A stretch of 64,000 bases of DNA. Origin: Deltaproteobacteria bacterium (GTDB lineage: Bacteria > Desulfobacterota > Binatia > Binatales > Binataceae). The stretch covers positions 162,620 through 226,619 of the forward strand of contig JAKBMB010000028.1 in the NCBI GenBank assembly GCA_021831785.1. Reading direction: 5' to 3'. Below the pieces are notes generated by a model. The model did not search any database. It was not told the DNA's origin and worked only from the letters and a program-made list of their open reading frames with translations. Below, piece by piece: positions 28,932 through 38,893 of this stretch (positions are counted from its first letter, which is position 1; each line of letters starts with the position of its first letter). A program made the position numbers and the translations under genes.

Positions 28932-29984
28932 TTGCCGGCTCACGCGGACCGCATCGAAAATTGCTCCCCCACTCCTGCCGAAGACTCCAAGCGCGGCGTG
29001 ACTTTCCTTGAGATGCCGGTCAGGGAGATCGTCAACCGCTGCGCGAACGAGCGGCTGCCTTTCGACTGGACGATAAATCCTTACCGCGGATGTGAGTTCG
29101 GGTGCGTCTATTGTTATGCGCGCTACACGCACGAGTTTTTGGAGTTGCGCGACGCGATGGATTTCGAGCGTCGCATCTTTTTTAAAGCCGGCGCCGCGCG
29201 GGCGTTGACCGGCGCGCTTTCCCGCGGCCGACTTAGCCGTGGAACTATCGCGCTCGGCACCGCCACTGATCCCTATCAGCCTGCCGAGCGCAAGTTTGCG
29301 CTCACCCGCTCATTGCTCGAGGTGTTCGCCACCGCCGCCGGTCTTAGCCTTTCGATCACCACAAAATCCCATCTTATTGTTCGCGACTTAGACTTGTTGC
29401 GCTCGATAGCGAGCCGCTCGCGGCTGAGCGTCAATTTTTCGCTGATCACACTCAACCGTCGTTTGCAGCGAATTCTCGAGCCGCGCGCCCCACGTCCGGC
29501 CCTGCGGCTGCGCGCCCTGGGCGCGCTAAGCAGCGCGGGAATTTGCTGCAACTTGCTCGTGATGCCGGTGATTCCGGGCCTAACTGACCATGAGGCCGCG
29601 CTCGATAACTTGCTCAGGGCTGCGCGCCAGGCCGGCGCGGCGCAGATTTGGTGGCGTTCGCTTTTTCTCAAGCCGGCCGCTGCGCGCCGCTTCGTTCCCT
29701 TCGTGCGCAGCAAGTTGCCGCATCTAGGCCAGGAGATCGAGCGCCTTTACGGCACTCACGCATACGCGCCGAAGGCCTACGAGCAACGCATGAGCGAGAC
29801 CTTCCGGGCGCTTAAGCTGCGCTGGGGCTTTGCCGACGAGCAGCGCCGTCCTTGCCTGCCGCAAGCCGCAGAAACGGCGCGTCAATTTTCGCTCTTCGGC
29901 CCCGGTCCTTCGCGTCCTGGTTTGACTAAGAGGCAACCCCAGGGATCGGTCGTCTCCGAAAGCGCGCCGGCTTGCACAAGGTAG
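28932..29984 (+). CDS. radical SAM protein, SplB / DNA-repair-photolyase-like family (COG1533)
   Basis: INPYRGCEFGCVYCYAR CX3CX2C cluster in the SplB-type context. Confidence 0.7.
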   Translation: MPAHADRIENCSPTPAEDSKRGVTFLEMPVREIVNRCANERLPFDWTINPYRGCEFGCVYCYARYTHEFLELRDAMDFERRIFFKAGAARALTGALSRGRLSRGTIALGTATDPYQPAERKFALTRSLLEVFATAAGLSLSITTKSHLIVRDLDLLRSIASRSRLSVNFSLITLNRRLQRILEPRAPRPALRLRALGALSSAGICCNLLVMPVIPGLTDHEAALDNLLRAARQAGAAQIWWRSLFLKPAAARRFVPFVRSKLPHLGQEIERLYGTHAYAPKAYEQRMSETFRALKLRWGFADEQRRPCLPQAAETARQFSLFGPGPSRPGLTKRQPQGSVVSESAPACTR

Positions 29985-30141
29985 GTCCGAGACCGGGGGC
30001 CAACACGCCGCAGCCCACCCACTGAACGGCTCGCAACCTTAAGCGGGCCGCCAGCCGATGGCGCAGCGCGCAAGATACGGCGAGACCGTGTTGGCGCGCA
30101 AAATGAATCGCTTCCTGGCGCCCGAGAGCGAAGCCGGCGCG

Positions 30142-30914
30142 TCATCCCGGCGTGGCGCGCAGCGCGCCCGCGGCCGCGCCGCAAGCGTCGGCCTTCACGC
30201 AAAGGTTCGCGTCCAATGCTCCCTCGGCGAGCCATCCCAGCTCAAGGGCTTCCGGCACGATAATTCGAATACCTCGCGCGCGTCGCGCAAGAACTGAAAG
30301 AATACCGACTGCCCTATCGGTTTCGGCGCTACTGAAATGAGACGTTAGAACCACACTCACAAGGGCATCTGCCACAGGACGTGTGGAGACCTGGAGGCGG
30401 GCGCCGTTACAGAAAGCGCCGCCTCCGCGGCGGGCGAAATAATACTTGCGGAGTCCCGGAACTACAATTCCGCCGACTTTCGTCAAGCCCTCACGCTGGT
30501 AAGCTATAGACAGGCGTACAACGGCAAACCGGAAGCGAAATTGATCGTCCCGTCGATGGGATCGAGGATCCGTACGCGGTTGGCGCCGCCAGGCCGTGTT
30601 GCTGACTCTTCAGCGTAAACCACATGTTTGGGATGTCTTCCGAGAATGACATGTATAATTTCCTTTTGCAGCAGGATGTCACGGGCGGTCACGATATCGA
30701 GCCCTTTTTGCGCGTGATTCGTCCGGTCTCGAGCAGGCCTTCGAGGCGGCGCTGTGCCAGCTTCATGACCTTGCATAGCGTTCGTTCGACCGCCGCTAGC
30801 GCGCCGCCGGCTTTCGTTCTTCCCTTGCTCTCGAGGTTTCCTCCATGATGTTTGCAGGGAATTGTTGGAGCGGGTGATCGGTTTCGAACCGACGACCTTG
30901 TGCTTGGCAAGCAC
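30142..30914 (-). pseudogene. inositol monophosphatase (SuhB/IMPase) family gene, frameshifted and 5'-degenerate
   Basis: ORF 30504..30914 carries ...VVYAEES...WILDPIDGTINFASGLP then a TAG stop; ORF 30142..30486 in another frame carries GGGAFCNGARLQVS...IRIIVPEALELGWLAEGALDA...CGAAAG; annotated N-terminus overlaps the tRNA. Confidence 0.55.
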
Positions 30915-30942
30915 ACGCTCTAGCCAACTGAGCTACACCCGC
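30866..30942 (-). tRNA. tRNA-Gly (anticodon GCC)
   Basis: Reverse complement gives GCGGGTGTAGCTCAGTTGGCTAGAGCGTGTGCTTGCCAAGCACAAGGTCGTCGGTTCGAAACCGATCACCCGCTCCA; cloverleaf with anticodon loop TTGCCAA; encoded CCA. Confidence 0.85.
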
Positions 30943-30990
30943 TCACCAAGTGGCCAGATTCATTCGTTTATTCCACAGCGCCGAGGCTTG

Positions 30991-31605
30991 TCAACCGGCC
31001 GCTGCGCGCTTGGGGGCAGCGTGCTGCGCCCTGATCGCGCCGATCACCATCACATGATACCGAACCCCGGACCACACGCTGAGCACCGTGGCGACCCATA
31101 GCAGGAATAGTCCGGCAGCAAAAAAATCGACGTGCAGGTACGAATAGTGAATCATCAGACCTTCGAGCGCCGCCGATTGCAGGACCATCTTGTACTTGCC
31201 GAGTTCGTCGGCGCCGACCACGATGCCCTCGACCGCAGCGATCGCGCGCACTCCCGTCACCGCGATCTCCCGCACCACCAGCACGACCACGATCCACGCC
31301 GGGACGCGCGGCTGGCGCGCTATCGCCGCGAGCATTATCAGCGCCGCGGTCACCAGCACCTTGTCGGCGACCGGGTCGAGAAACTTGCCCAGCATGCTGC
31401 TCGTCCCGTAACTGCGCGCGATATGCCCGTCGAGGTAGTCGCTCAGCGTGGCAAAGAAAAACAGCAGCGCCGCACACGCCGACGGCACCGGCGACCCGAA
31501 AGTCAGCAGGTAGATCAGGAGCGGCGTAACGCCGATCCGAAAAAACGTTAGCAAATTCGGGGTCGATAGCACTGGTAGCGACGCCCTGGGACGCAAACTC
31601 GCCAA
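30991..31605 (-). CDS. pgsA: CDP-diacylglycerol--glycerol-3-phosphate 3-phosphatidyltransferase
   Basis: CDP-alcohol phosphatidyltransferase motif DYLDGHIAR...G...LDPVADK; NLLTFFRI start region; pgsA-tRNA-Gly adjacency as in E. coli. Confidence 0.8.
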   Translation of the reverse strand: MASLRPRASLPVLSTPNLLTFFRIGVTPLLIYLLTFGSPVPSACAALLFFFATLSDYLDGHIARSYGTSSMLGKFLDPVADKVLVTAALIMLAAIARQPRVPAWIVVVLVVREIAVTGVRAIAAVEGIVVGADELGKYKMVLQSAALEGLMIHYSYLHVDFFAAGLFLLWVATVLSVWSGVRYHVMVIGAIRAQHAAPKRAAAG

Positions 31606-31737
31606 CCGTGGCGACTAAGGGAACAATAGGTCAGTTGGTGGACCTTTGGCAACCACCCGACCGGCACGGGCCTAATGTCCGCTCGCAGAGCAAATAAGGC
31701 AGGGTCGAGGCATCACGCAGCGCTTGCGGCGACGCGG

Positions 31738-32922
31738 CTAGGCGCGCCTTGGTTCTCGGCTTTGCGCCGCTCCGACACCGCAGCATTCGACCGCCGCGAT
31801 GGACGACGCCGACTGCGGGAAGTATTTGCGGCGCGCCCACAGCGCTACGTTAACCAGCGTGATGAGCACCGGCACTTCGACCAGTGGCCCGATAACCGCC
31901 GCAAAGGCCTCGCCGCTGTTCAATCCGAAGGTTGCAACGGCCACAGCGATCGCAAGCTCGAAGTTGTTCGAAGCCGCGGTGAAAGACAACGCGGCTGACT
32001 GCGCGTAATTAGCGCCTACCTGATAGCTCATCACGAAAGAAACAGCGAACATGATAACGAAGTAGCAAAGCAGGGGAATCGCAATCCTCACGACATCGAG
32101 CGGAAGCTCCACGATCGCTTCGCCCTTGAGCGAGAACATCACCACGATCGTGAAGAGCAGCGCAATGAGCGTAATCGGACTGATCTTCGGGATGAACCGC
32201 TCGCGGTACCACTGCTTGCCGCGCGCTCTGGTCAACACGACCCACGTGATGAGTCCGGCGGCAAAGGGCACGCCCAGATAGATTCCCACGCTCTCGGCAA
32301 TCTCCCCAACCGTAACGTGTACAATACCGCCCGCCAGTCCAAGCCAACGCGGAACCAGCGTCACGAAAATCAAAGCGTAGACGGAGTAAAAGAGAACCTG
32401 AAAGATCGAATTGAAAGCGACGAGACCCGCGCAGTACTCGGCATCCCCTTCCCCCAGATCGTTCCACACGATCACCATCGCGATGCAGCGCGCAAGCCCG
32501 ATCATGATCAGGCCGACCATGTAGGCTGGATACTGGCGCAAGAAAAGCACGGCGAGGCCAAACATGAGCAGCGGCCCTACGACCCAGTTCTGAACCAGCG
32601 AGAGCCCAAGAATTTTCCAGTCGAGGAAGACCTGGCCCAGTTCGTCGTAGCTCACCTTGGCCAGCGGGGGATACATCATGAGGATGAGCCCCGCAGCGAT
32701 CGGAATCGACGTCGTATCGACACTCAGCCGATCAATTACGGCCTTGGTATCCGGCACCAAATAGCCGAGTGCAACGCCGGCTGCCATAGCCAGAAAAATC
32801 CACAGCGTAAGGAAGCGATCGAGAAATGAAAGACGGCGCGCGCGCGCCGGTTGAGCAGCGGCCTCGACATGACCAACACTTGGCGCCAGCAAATCACTGT
32901 TCATTGGGTCTGTCCTCTGCAA
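31738..32922 (-). CDS. acr3: arsenite efflux transporter, ACR3 family
   Basis: 10-TMS; [25 protein letters not shown] and [11 protein letters not shown]3 signatures. Confidence 0.85.
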   Translation of the reverse strand: MQRTDPMNSDLLAPSVGHVEAAAQPARARRLSFLDRFLTLWIFLAMAAGVALGYLVPDTKAVIDRLSVDTTSIPIAAGLILMMYPPLAKVSYDELGQVFLDWKILGLSLVQNWVVGPLLMFGLAVLFLRQYPAYMVGLIMIGLARCIAMVIVWNDLGEGDAEYCAGLVAFNSIFQVLFYSVYALIFVTLVPRWLGLAGGIVHVTVGEIAESVGIYLGVPFAAGLITWVVLTRARGKQWYRERFIPKISPITLIALLFTIVVMFSLKGEAIVELPLDVVRIAIPLLCYFVIMFAVSFVMSYQVGANYAQSAALSFTAASNNFELAIAVAVATFGLNSGEAFAAVIGPLVEVPVLITLVNVALWARRKYFPQSASSIAAVECCGVGAAQSREPRRA

Positions 32923-32944
32923 TTGCCTAATCGCTTGGGCGTCC

Positions 32945-33826
32945 TCAGGGCGCGGGCGCGGCCGCCGGCACGAGCAGAACGGGGACCTTCGCCAGCCGAA
33001 CGACCTGGTGGCTGACGCTGCCCAAAAACGTCTCCGGTATGCGGCCTCGGCCCTGGCTACCCATTACAATCATTGTGTCCGCCTGTTCGTTGGCCCGACG
33101 CACGATCTCCTGAACCGGAGAGCCGTAAGCGATTTCCACATCGACCGTGACACTGGCCCGGCTTCGCAAGCTGGTCGCGAGTCTTTCCAGGCGGGCGCCA
33201 TCGATAGCGTTGAACTCTTGCAGCCGATCCTGCAGATGCGGCGCGATCCGGTCCTTGTCCTGCACGTGCAAGAGCGTGACGTGATGCACGCCTGTTTCCG
33301 CCATTTTGCTAACATAAGCGAAGGCCCGTTCGGCGTTGTCGGAGAAGTCGGTCGGGAACAGCAAGCCTTTGCTAAGGTCTACACAGAGCGCATCGCAGCG
33401 CCCGGGCACATCTTCCTCGATCATGCGCATCCTGATAACGAGCGTCGGAAGCGTCGCATGGTGGATCAGAGCGTGCGCACAGCTTCCCAGAGGCATCTCG
33501 AAAGCGAACGTCCCTCCATGCGAGCCGACCACTACCAGTGACACTTTCTCGGTCCTGGCGACGCGGTCTATTTCGAGCGGGGGCGGTCCGCTGGGAATCC
33601 GCACGTCAGTCTTGAAGCCCTGCGCCTCGAGTTCTGCCTTCTGTTGCATCAGACGCGGCTCAACCAGGCGCGCCAGTTCATACTTCATGGCCTCCAGGTG
33701 CCTGATTCCCAGGGCGTGGACTAAAATTGCTTCTCGCGCGCCGAACGGGCGGAGACCCTGAAGGCATGAGATGAGTCGATCGGAGGCCGGCGAGAGATCG
33801 GTGGCCACGACAATCTTTTCGAACAT
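32945..33826 (-). CDS. universal stress protein, tandem UspA domains
   Basis: Two Usp domains (IVVATDLS..., GSHGR/GSQGRG ATP-binding-like motifs). Confidence 0.8.
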   Translation of the reverse strand: MFEKIVVATDLSPASDRLISCLQGLRPFGAREAILVHALGIRHLEAMKYELARLVEPRLMQQKAELEAQGFKTDVRIPSGPPPLEIDRVARTEKVSLVVVGSHGGTFAFEMPLGSCAHALIHHATLPTLVIRMRMIEEDVPGRCDALCVDLSKGLLFPTDFSDNAERAFAYVSKMAETGVHHVTLLHVQDKDRIAPHLQDRLQEFNAIDGARLERLATSLRSRASVTVDVEIAYGSPVQEIVRRANEQADTMIVMGSQGRGRIPETFLGSVSHQVVRLAKVPVLLVPAAAPAP

Positions 33827-33866
33827 ATCGACCTTGGCTCCCTAACCCTTGCTCCTTTATCGCGCT

Positions 33867-34685
33867 TCAGCAGCAGGCGTGCGCCGCCTTGTGCGCGCGG
33901 ATGAAGGCGCTCATAAACCTGCCGTCAATCAAAGGCGCGAGCGCCTTGGCGTCGAGTCCCGCCTGGGCGAGCAGGTCTGCTGCGTCTTCGGCCCGATAAA
34001 TCCGAAACGGTTCGATCTCGACCGCCTCGAACCCGGCCGCCGTAAGCTTCCTCCGATACTCGTCATCCCCCAGCGCGCCAGCGATGCAACCGACCAGAAG
34101 TTCCACGTAGCGGCGCAATTCAGTGGGCATCTCGCCCCGCACGACGATATCAGCGACGGCCAGTCGGCCACCCGGGCGAAGCACGCGGAGCGCTTCGGCA
34201 AGCGCACGGTCCTTGTTGGCGGAAAGATTGATTACGCAGTTGGAAATGATCACGTCGACCGAGTTGTCCGGCAGCGGAATTTGTTCGATCTCGCCCTTAA
34301 GAAACTCGACGTTCTCGATGGCCGCTTTGCGCTGGTTCTCGCGCGCAAGCGCAAGCATTTCGTCGGTCATGTCGAGACCGTAGGCCTTACCCGTTGGCCC
34401 CACACGGCGCGCCGAGAGCAGCACGTCGATTCCTCCACCCGAGCCCAGGTCCAGCACAACCTCGCCCGGCTTGAGCTCGGCAACGGCGGTCGGATTGCCG
34501 CAGCCGAGCGACGCCTGTAGCACTTCGAGCGGAAGCCCGCCGATTTCCTCGATGCTGTAAAGGTTCGACGTTATCGGGTCGCCGCACGCGCTGTTCTCCC
34601 CGCCTCCGCAGCATGACGCGCCTTTGCCGGCTGCGCGCTGCGCCAGTTTCCTGTAATGCTCCCTGACGACTTCCTTGGTCTCCAT
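33867..34685 (-). CDS. arsM: arsenite S-adenosylmethionine methyltransferase
   Basis: SAM-binding [11 protein letters not shown]; conserved Cys pairs; start at METKEVV with a GGAGAGAGG SD (the ORF's longer 5' extension is discounted). Confidence 0.8.
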   Translation of the reverse strand: METKEVVREHYRKLAQRAAGKGASCCGGGENSACGDPITSNLYSIEEIGGLPLEVLQASLGCGNPTAVAELKPGEVVLDLGSGGGIDVLLSARRVGPTGKAYGLDMTDEMLALARENQRKAAIENVEFLKGEIEQIPLPDNSVDVIISNCVINLSANKDRALAEALRVLRPGGRLAVADIVVRGEMPTELRRYVELLVGCIAGALGDDEYRRKLTAAGFEAVEIEPFRIYRAEDAADLLAQAGLDAKALAPLIDGRFMSAFIRAHKAAHACC

Positions 34686-34708
34686 AACCTCTCTCCTCAA
34701 GACGCGAC

Positions 34709-35068
34709 TTATGCGCGTCTCGCTTGCCGGCCGGCCGCCGGAGCGGCAGTGGCGCCGACCGGCACCGGTGCGCAAAGCTCGGGACGGCCTTGGCAGCAGT
34801 TTTCCGTCAGGTACGAGAGCAGAGCATTCATGGTCTTGAAATTGGCGCTGTAAATGATCAGGCGGCCCTGGCGCCGCGAGGTCACGAGGCTCGCAAACCG
34901 CAGTTGGTTCAGATGGAATGACAGCGTGGGCGACGGCTGGCCGAGACGCTCGCCAATTTCGCCTGCGGGCATTCCCGGCGGCCCCTTCTGAACCAGGATG
35001 CGGAAGATATCGAGCCGCGTCCCCTGGGCCAAGGCGCCCAGCGCGGCGATCACGGTTGACTTTTTCAT
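34709..35068 (-). CDS. arsR: ArsR/SmtB-family metalloregulator with C-terminal Cys pair
   Basis: Winged-HTH LDIFRIL...AGEI; C-terminal CCQG typical of As(III)-sensing ArsR in arsM operons. Confidence 0.8.
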   Translation of the reverse strand: MKKSTVIAALGALAQGTRLDIFRILVQKGPPGMPAGEIGERLGQPSPTLSFHLNQLRFASLVTSRRQGRLIIYSANFKTMNALLSYLTENCCQGRPELCAPVPVGATAAPAAGRQARRA

Positions 35069-35121
35069 AGTTCCACTTCTATCAAAATAATAGCCCGGTC
35101 GTCAAAGCCTCTGCCTCGGCC

Positions 35122-35333
35122 GAGAGTTTGTGAATTTTTGAGCAGTGGGGCGGGCACGGCGGCCCGCCCGGTCGCCGGTGATTCATTGGCCGCGCGGGCG
35201 TGGCGCCCGCGCCTCATGGCGGGCATTCTTCGGCTTCGCTCAGAACAGGCTCCGGCCCGCCCCACTAGAAACATATCGGGCGCAGCCTACGGCGGCATGC
35301 GGCAGCTTGCCAAAAATTCACCGGCGCTGAGTG
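35122..35333. repeat. MITE/REP-like element, family A copy 2
   Basis: Same ends as 11843..12054; internal ~100-bp segment is the reverse complement of that in copy 1. Confidence 0.85.
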
Positions 35334-35575
35334 AACCCGGTTAAGCGTTGAAACTCCGGCGAAGCGTCTTGTCGGGGGCGACGACCTTATCGGTTCAACG
35401 GTCGCGGCCGGCCGTTATTGCTTGCCACTTTGTGCAAAAAGTCCCCTTGGCCGCTGCTCCCTCGCCTTTTATGCCGGCCGGGCAAGCTGGTAGTCTAAAA
35501 GCAGGGATGTTTGCGGTAAAAGAGCCGCACCACCTGGGGCAAGTCTGTTGAGCTACCACTGGGAGACAGGACGTT

Positions 35576-36511
35576 ATGAACCATAGCGCATCCGATAAAC
35601 CCACCGGCGTGTACGCCGCAGTTCTGACCCCCCTGACCCGCGAGCTGGATGTTGACCCGGGGCTGTTCGTCGCTCATTGCCGCTGGCTGCTACAAAACGG
35701 CTGCGACGGTCTCGCGCCCCTGGGCACAACCGGCGAGAGCAACTCGCTGTCGGTGCGCCAGCGGCTCTCGTTGATCGAGGCCGCGGCCGGCGCCGGACTT
35801 CCGATGGGCCGCGTGGTCGCGGGGGCCGGTTCATGCGCGCTGGCTGATGCGGTCGAGGTCACGCGCGCCGCGACCGCTGCGGGATGCGCCGGGGTTCTGC
35901 TATTACCGCCGTTTTACTATAAAAATCCCACCGAAGACGGTCTGTTCGCGTTCTTCGCCGAGCTCATCGAGCGCGTCGGCAGCCCGCGCCTGCGGCTTTA
36001 CCTCTATCACTTTCCGCAGCTTTCTACCGTACCGATCTCCGCCAAGCTAATCGGGCGGTTGATGGCGGCGTATCCGGGAATCGTGGCCGGGCTTAAGGAC
36101 AGTTCAGGCGATTGGTCGAACACCGCCAGTCTGCTCAAGGAATTTCCCGGCTTCGAGGTGTTCTCCGGCTCGGAGAAGTTTTTGCTCGCCAACCTGCGGG
36201 CCGGCGGCGTGGGCTGCATCTCGGCCACGGTCAACGTCACCGCGCCCTTGGCGCAGACGGTATATCGCGCCTATTTGAGCGGCGCGGAGACCGAGGCGCA
36301 CCAACAGGCGCTGACCGCCGTCCGGGTGGTGCTGGAGAGCTATCCGATGCAGGGCGCGCTCAAGCAGGTGATGAGCGCGATTACCGGGAACGCCGCGTGG
36401 CTCAACATTCTCCCGCCTAACCGGCCGCTGTCCGAGGCGCAAGCACGCGAGTTGATGGCGCGGCTGCGCGCGCTGCCCCAGACCCAGCCGCTCGGCCTCA
36501 AAGCCGCGTAG
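35576..36511 (+). CDS. dihydrodipicolinate synthase / N-acetylneuraminate lyase family (DapA-like) aldolase
   Basis: GTTGESNSLS and Schiff-base lysine context GLKDSSGD; 311 aa. Confidence 0.75.
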   Translation: MNHSASDKPTGVYAAVLTPLTRELDVDPGLFVAHCRWLLQNGCDGLAPLGTTGESNSLSVRQRLSLIEAAAGAGLPMGRVVAGAGSCALADAVEVTRAATAAGCAGVLLLPPFYYKNPTEDGLFAFFAELIERVGSPRLRLYLYHFPQLSTVPISAKLIGRLMAAYPGIVAGLKDSSGDWSNTASLLKEFPGFEVFSGSEKFLLANLRAGGVGCISATVNVTAPLAQTVYRAYLSGAETEAHQQALTAVRVVLESYPMQGALKQVMSAITGNAAWLNILPPNRPLSEAQARELMARLRALPQTQPLGLKAA

Positions 36512-36562
36512 CCCGAAGCCGGCGGCCGCGAACCAACGCCCGCGCTGCACCGCGCAAAGCTA

Positions 36563-36775
36563 ACCCTGAAGCGAAAATAAGTTTATCGATGAAGACTCGA
36601 AAGTCCTCGCCCTATCCTTGTGCCATAGCCGAAAGACAGCGGACCGGCTTGCGGGTTTTTAGTGCGTTGGACGTTGCCCGGTCCGCGGGTCTCGGTGGCG
36701 CGGGCGGCCCTGCCCGTGCGGGGCACGGGCAGGCACGGCGGCCCGCCCCACTAAGATTTATTTTCGCTTCAGGGC
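36563..36775. repeat. MITE/REP-like element, family B copy 2 (inverted relative to copy 1)
   Basis: aaccctgaagcgaaaataag ... cttattttcgcttcagggct termini; the core is the reverse complement of the 9596..9763 core. Confidence 0.8.
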
Positions 36776-37830
36776 TAATTGCCCGATAGCGCCTGGCGCG
36801 CGACTTCAGCCGCCGCGCTTGCCGCCCGCTCGATATCCGCGGAAGTGATCCCGTAGTGCGTGACGGCGCGAAAGCGCGTCGGGTCGCGCGGTATCATCAG
36901 CACGCCGCGCGCTTTAAGTCCGGCGTGGAAGCGGCTTGCGTCCTGAGCACCGCCCGCCACGCTGAAGAAAACCATGTTGGTGGGCCGCTGGCGGCGCTCG
37001 ACAACAAGCCCCGGGATGGAACCTAAGCGCTCCGCCAAAAGCCGCGCGTTCTCGTGGTCCTCGGCGAGCCGTTCAATCATGGTCTTGAGCGCGACGATTC
37101 CGGCAGCCGCGATAACGCCGGCCTGCCTCATCCCGCCGCCCAAAACCTTGCGCGCGCGGCGGGCCTCACCGACGAACGCCCGCGAACCGCATATGAGCGA
37201 CCCCACCGGACAGGCCAAACCCTTGGAAAGACAGAACGCGGCGGTGTCGGCAAACTGCGCTATCTGGTCCGCCGTGGTCTCCAGCGCGAGCGCGGCATTA
37301 AACACCCGCGCGCCGTCCAGATGAAGCGGTAGGCCGTGTTCGTGGGCAAGCCGGCTTACCTCCGCCATATGGGATAAACTGACCGCCGCGCCGCCGCACA
37401 AATTGTGCGTGTTTTCCATCACCACGAGCGCCGGCCTGGCAAAGTGCGGGTTGAGCGGCGCGCCAACTTGTTCGGCCAGCTCCACGAGGTCAAGCTCGCC
37501 CTCTGGCGTGTTGCGCACCGGAGATATCACGACCGCGCCCACGGCGGAGGCTCCGCCCGCTTCGTAGAGATTACTGTGCGCTTTGGCGCCCATGATCACT
37601 CTGGCGCCGCGCGGACAATGAACCAGGATCGAGACCAGATTCGCCATCGTGCCGCTGGGCACCAGGATCGCCGCCTCCTTGCCCATCATCTGCGCCGCCA
37701 TCTCTTCGAGCCGATTAACCGTCGGGTCTTCGCTGTAAACGTCGTCGCCGAGTTCAGCCTGCGCCATCGCCTTGCGCATCTCGGGCGTGGGAAGCGTCAC
37801 TGTGTCACTGCGCAGATCGATTATCTCCAT
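36775..37830 (-). CDS. ltaE: low-specificity L-threonine aldolase (PLP)
   Basis: [17 protein letters not shown] start and overall threonine-aldolase family similarity; PLP-lysine region. Confidence 0.8.
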   Translation of the reverse strand: MEIIDLRSDTVTLPTPEMRKAMAQAELGDDVYSEDPTVNRLEEMAAQMMGKEAAILVPSGTMANLVSILVHCPRGARVIMGAKAHSNLYEAGGASAVGAVVISPVRNTPEGELDLVELAEQVGAPLNPHFARPALVVMENTHNLCGGAAVSLSHMAEVSRLAHEHGLPLHLDGARVFNAALALETTADQIAQFADTAAFCLSKGLACPVGSLICGSRAFVGEARRARKVLGGGMRQAGVIAAAGIVALKTMIERLAEDHENARLLAERLGSIPGLVVERRQRPTNMVFFSVAGGAQDASRFHAGLKARGVLMIPRDPTRFRAVTHYGITSADIERAASAAAEVARQALSGN

Positions 37831-37928
37831 CGCTCAACCAGCACCTTGGCCTGTCGCCGGCCGGCGCCCGCTCTTGCGAAGCTCGAACATGCCGCCTTAG
37901 GGTCGCGCGAGCCACCGCGGGGCCTAAC

Positions 37929-38804
37929 TCAGGGAAAGATCGCCTTTACCACTTCGTCGATCGCCGCTTTGCTTTCGGGTTCGTCGGTGAGCGACCAGGT
38001 GACGGCAACAGTGGCCGCGCGGCGCGGCGCGATGTCGTTTTTGATCAGCTCGCCGGCATAGATCAAAAGCCTCGTCGATACTCCTTCTTCGAGTCCGGCG
38101 CCCTTGAGATTCCGAATCTTCGCGCCGAGCAGCGCCAGTTGCTCGGCCGTATCGCGGTCGGCGCCGGATTCGTGCGCGATGATTTCCGTTTCTTTTTCCA
38201 GCGGAGGGTAGTTGAATTCGATGGTGATGAAGCGCTGGCGCGTCGAGTGCTTCAAATTTTTCTGGATGCTCTGGTAACCGGGATTATACGAGATCACGAG
38301 CAAAAAGGCGGGATGCGCGTTCAAAAGCTCACCGCGCTTTTCGATCGGCAGCATTCGCCGATGGTCGGAGAGCGGATGGATGAGGACGGTCGTGTCTTTG
38401 CGCGCTTCGACGATTTCGTCCAGATAACAGATGGCGCCGCGGCGCGCGGCCTGGGTCAGCGGCCCGTCGATCCACAGCGTCTGGTCCGCCTGAATAAGAT
38501 AGCGCCCCACCAAGTCGCTGCCGGTAAGGTCTTCGTGACAGGCCACGGTGATAAGTTCGCTTGGCCCGTCATGCTCGCCGGCGAGTTTGTGCGCCATGTG
38601 CTCGACAAACCGCGTCTTGCCGCATCCGGTCGGACCCTTGAGCAACACCGGCAGCCGCGCGCGATAGGCGGCGCGAAAAATCTCTACCTCGTCGCTTATC
38701 GGCAGATAGTAGGGCGGATTGTCGGGGTCAAGCCGCTTCACCTCGTGACCTTCATGGGTTCCGCGAAGCGAAGCGTCGAATTGTTTTGGCTCGATTGCCA
38801 TCAC
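37929..38804 (-). CDS. CbbQ/NirQ/NorQ/GvpN-family MoxR-like AAA+ ATPase
   Basis: [19 protein letters not shown] Walker A; 291 aa, typical family size; no adjacent vWA (CbbO/NorD) partner. Confidence 0.8.
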   Translation of the reverse strand: MMAIEPKQFDASLRGTHEGHEVKRLDPDNPPYYLPISDEVEIFRAAYRARLPVLLKGPTGCGKTRFVEHMAHKLAGEHDGPSELITVACHEDLTGSDLVGRYLIQADQTLWIDGPLTQAARRGAICYLDEIVEARKDTTVLIHPLSDHRRMLPIEKRGELLNAHPAFLLVISYNPGYQSIQKNLKHSTRQRFITIEFNYPPLEKETEIIAHESGADRDTAEQLALLGAKIRNLKGAGLEEGVSTRLLIYAGELIKNDIAPRRAATVAVTWSLTDEPESKAAIDEVVKAIFP

Positions 38805-38893
38805 TCTCCTTCTATCACTAGGGCGGCCGCACCGGCCGAATCCGAAGAAGGCCGGGGCGCGCGCTTAAAGCGCCGGCGCGCCACTAACCGGGG

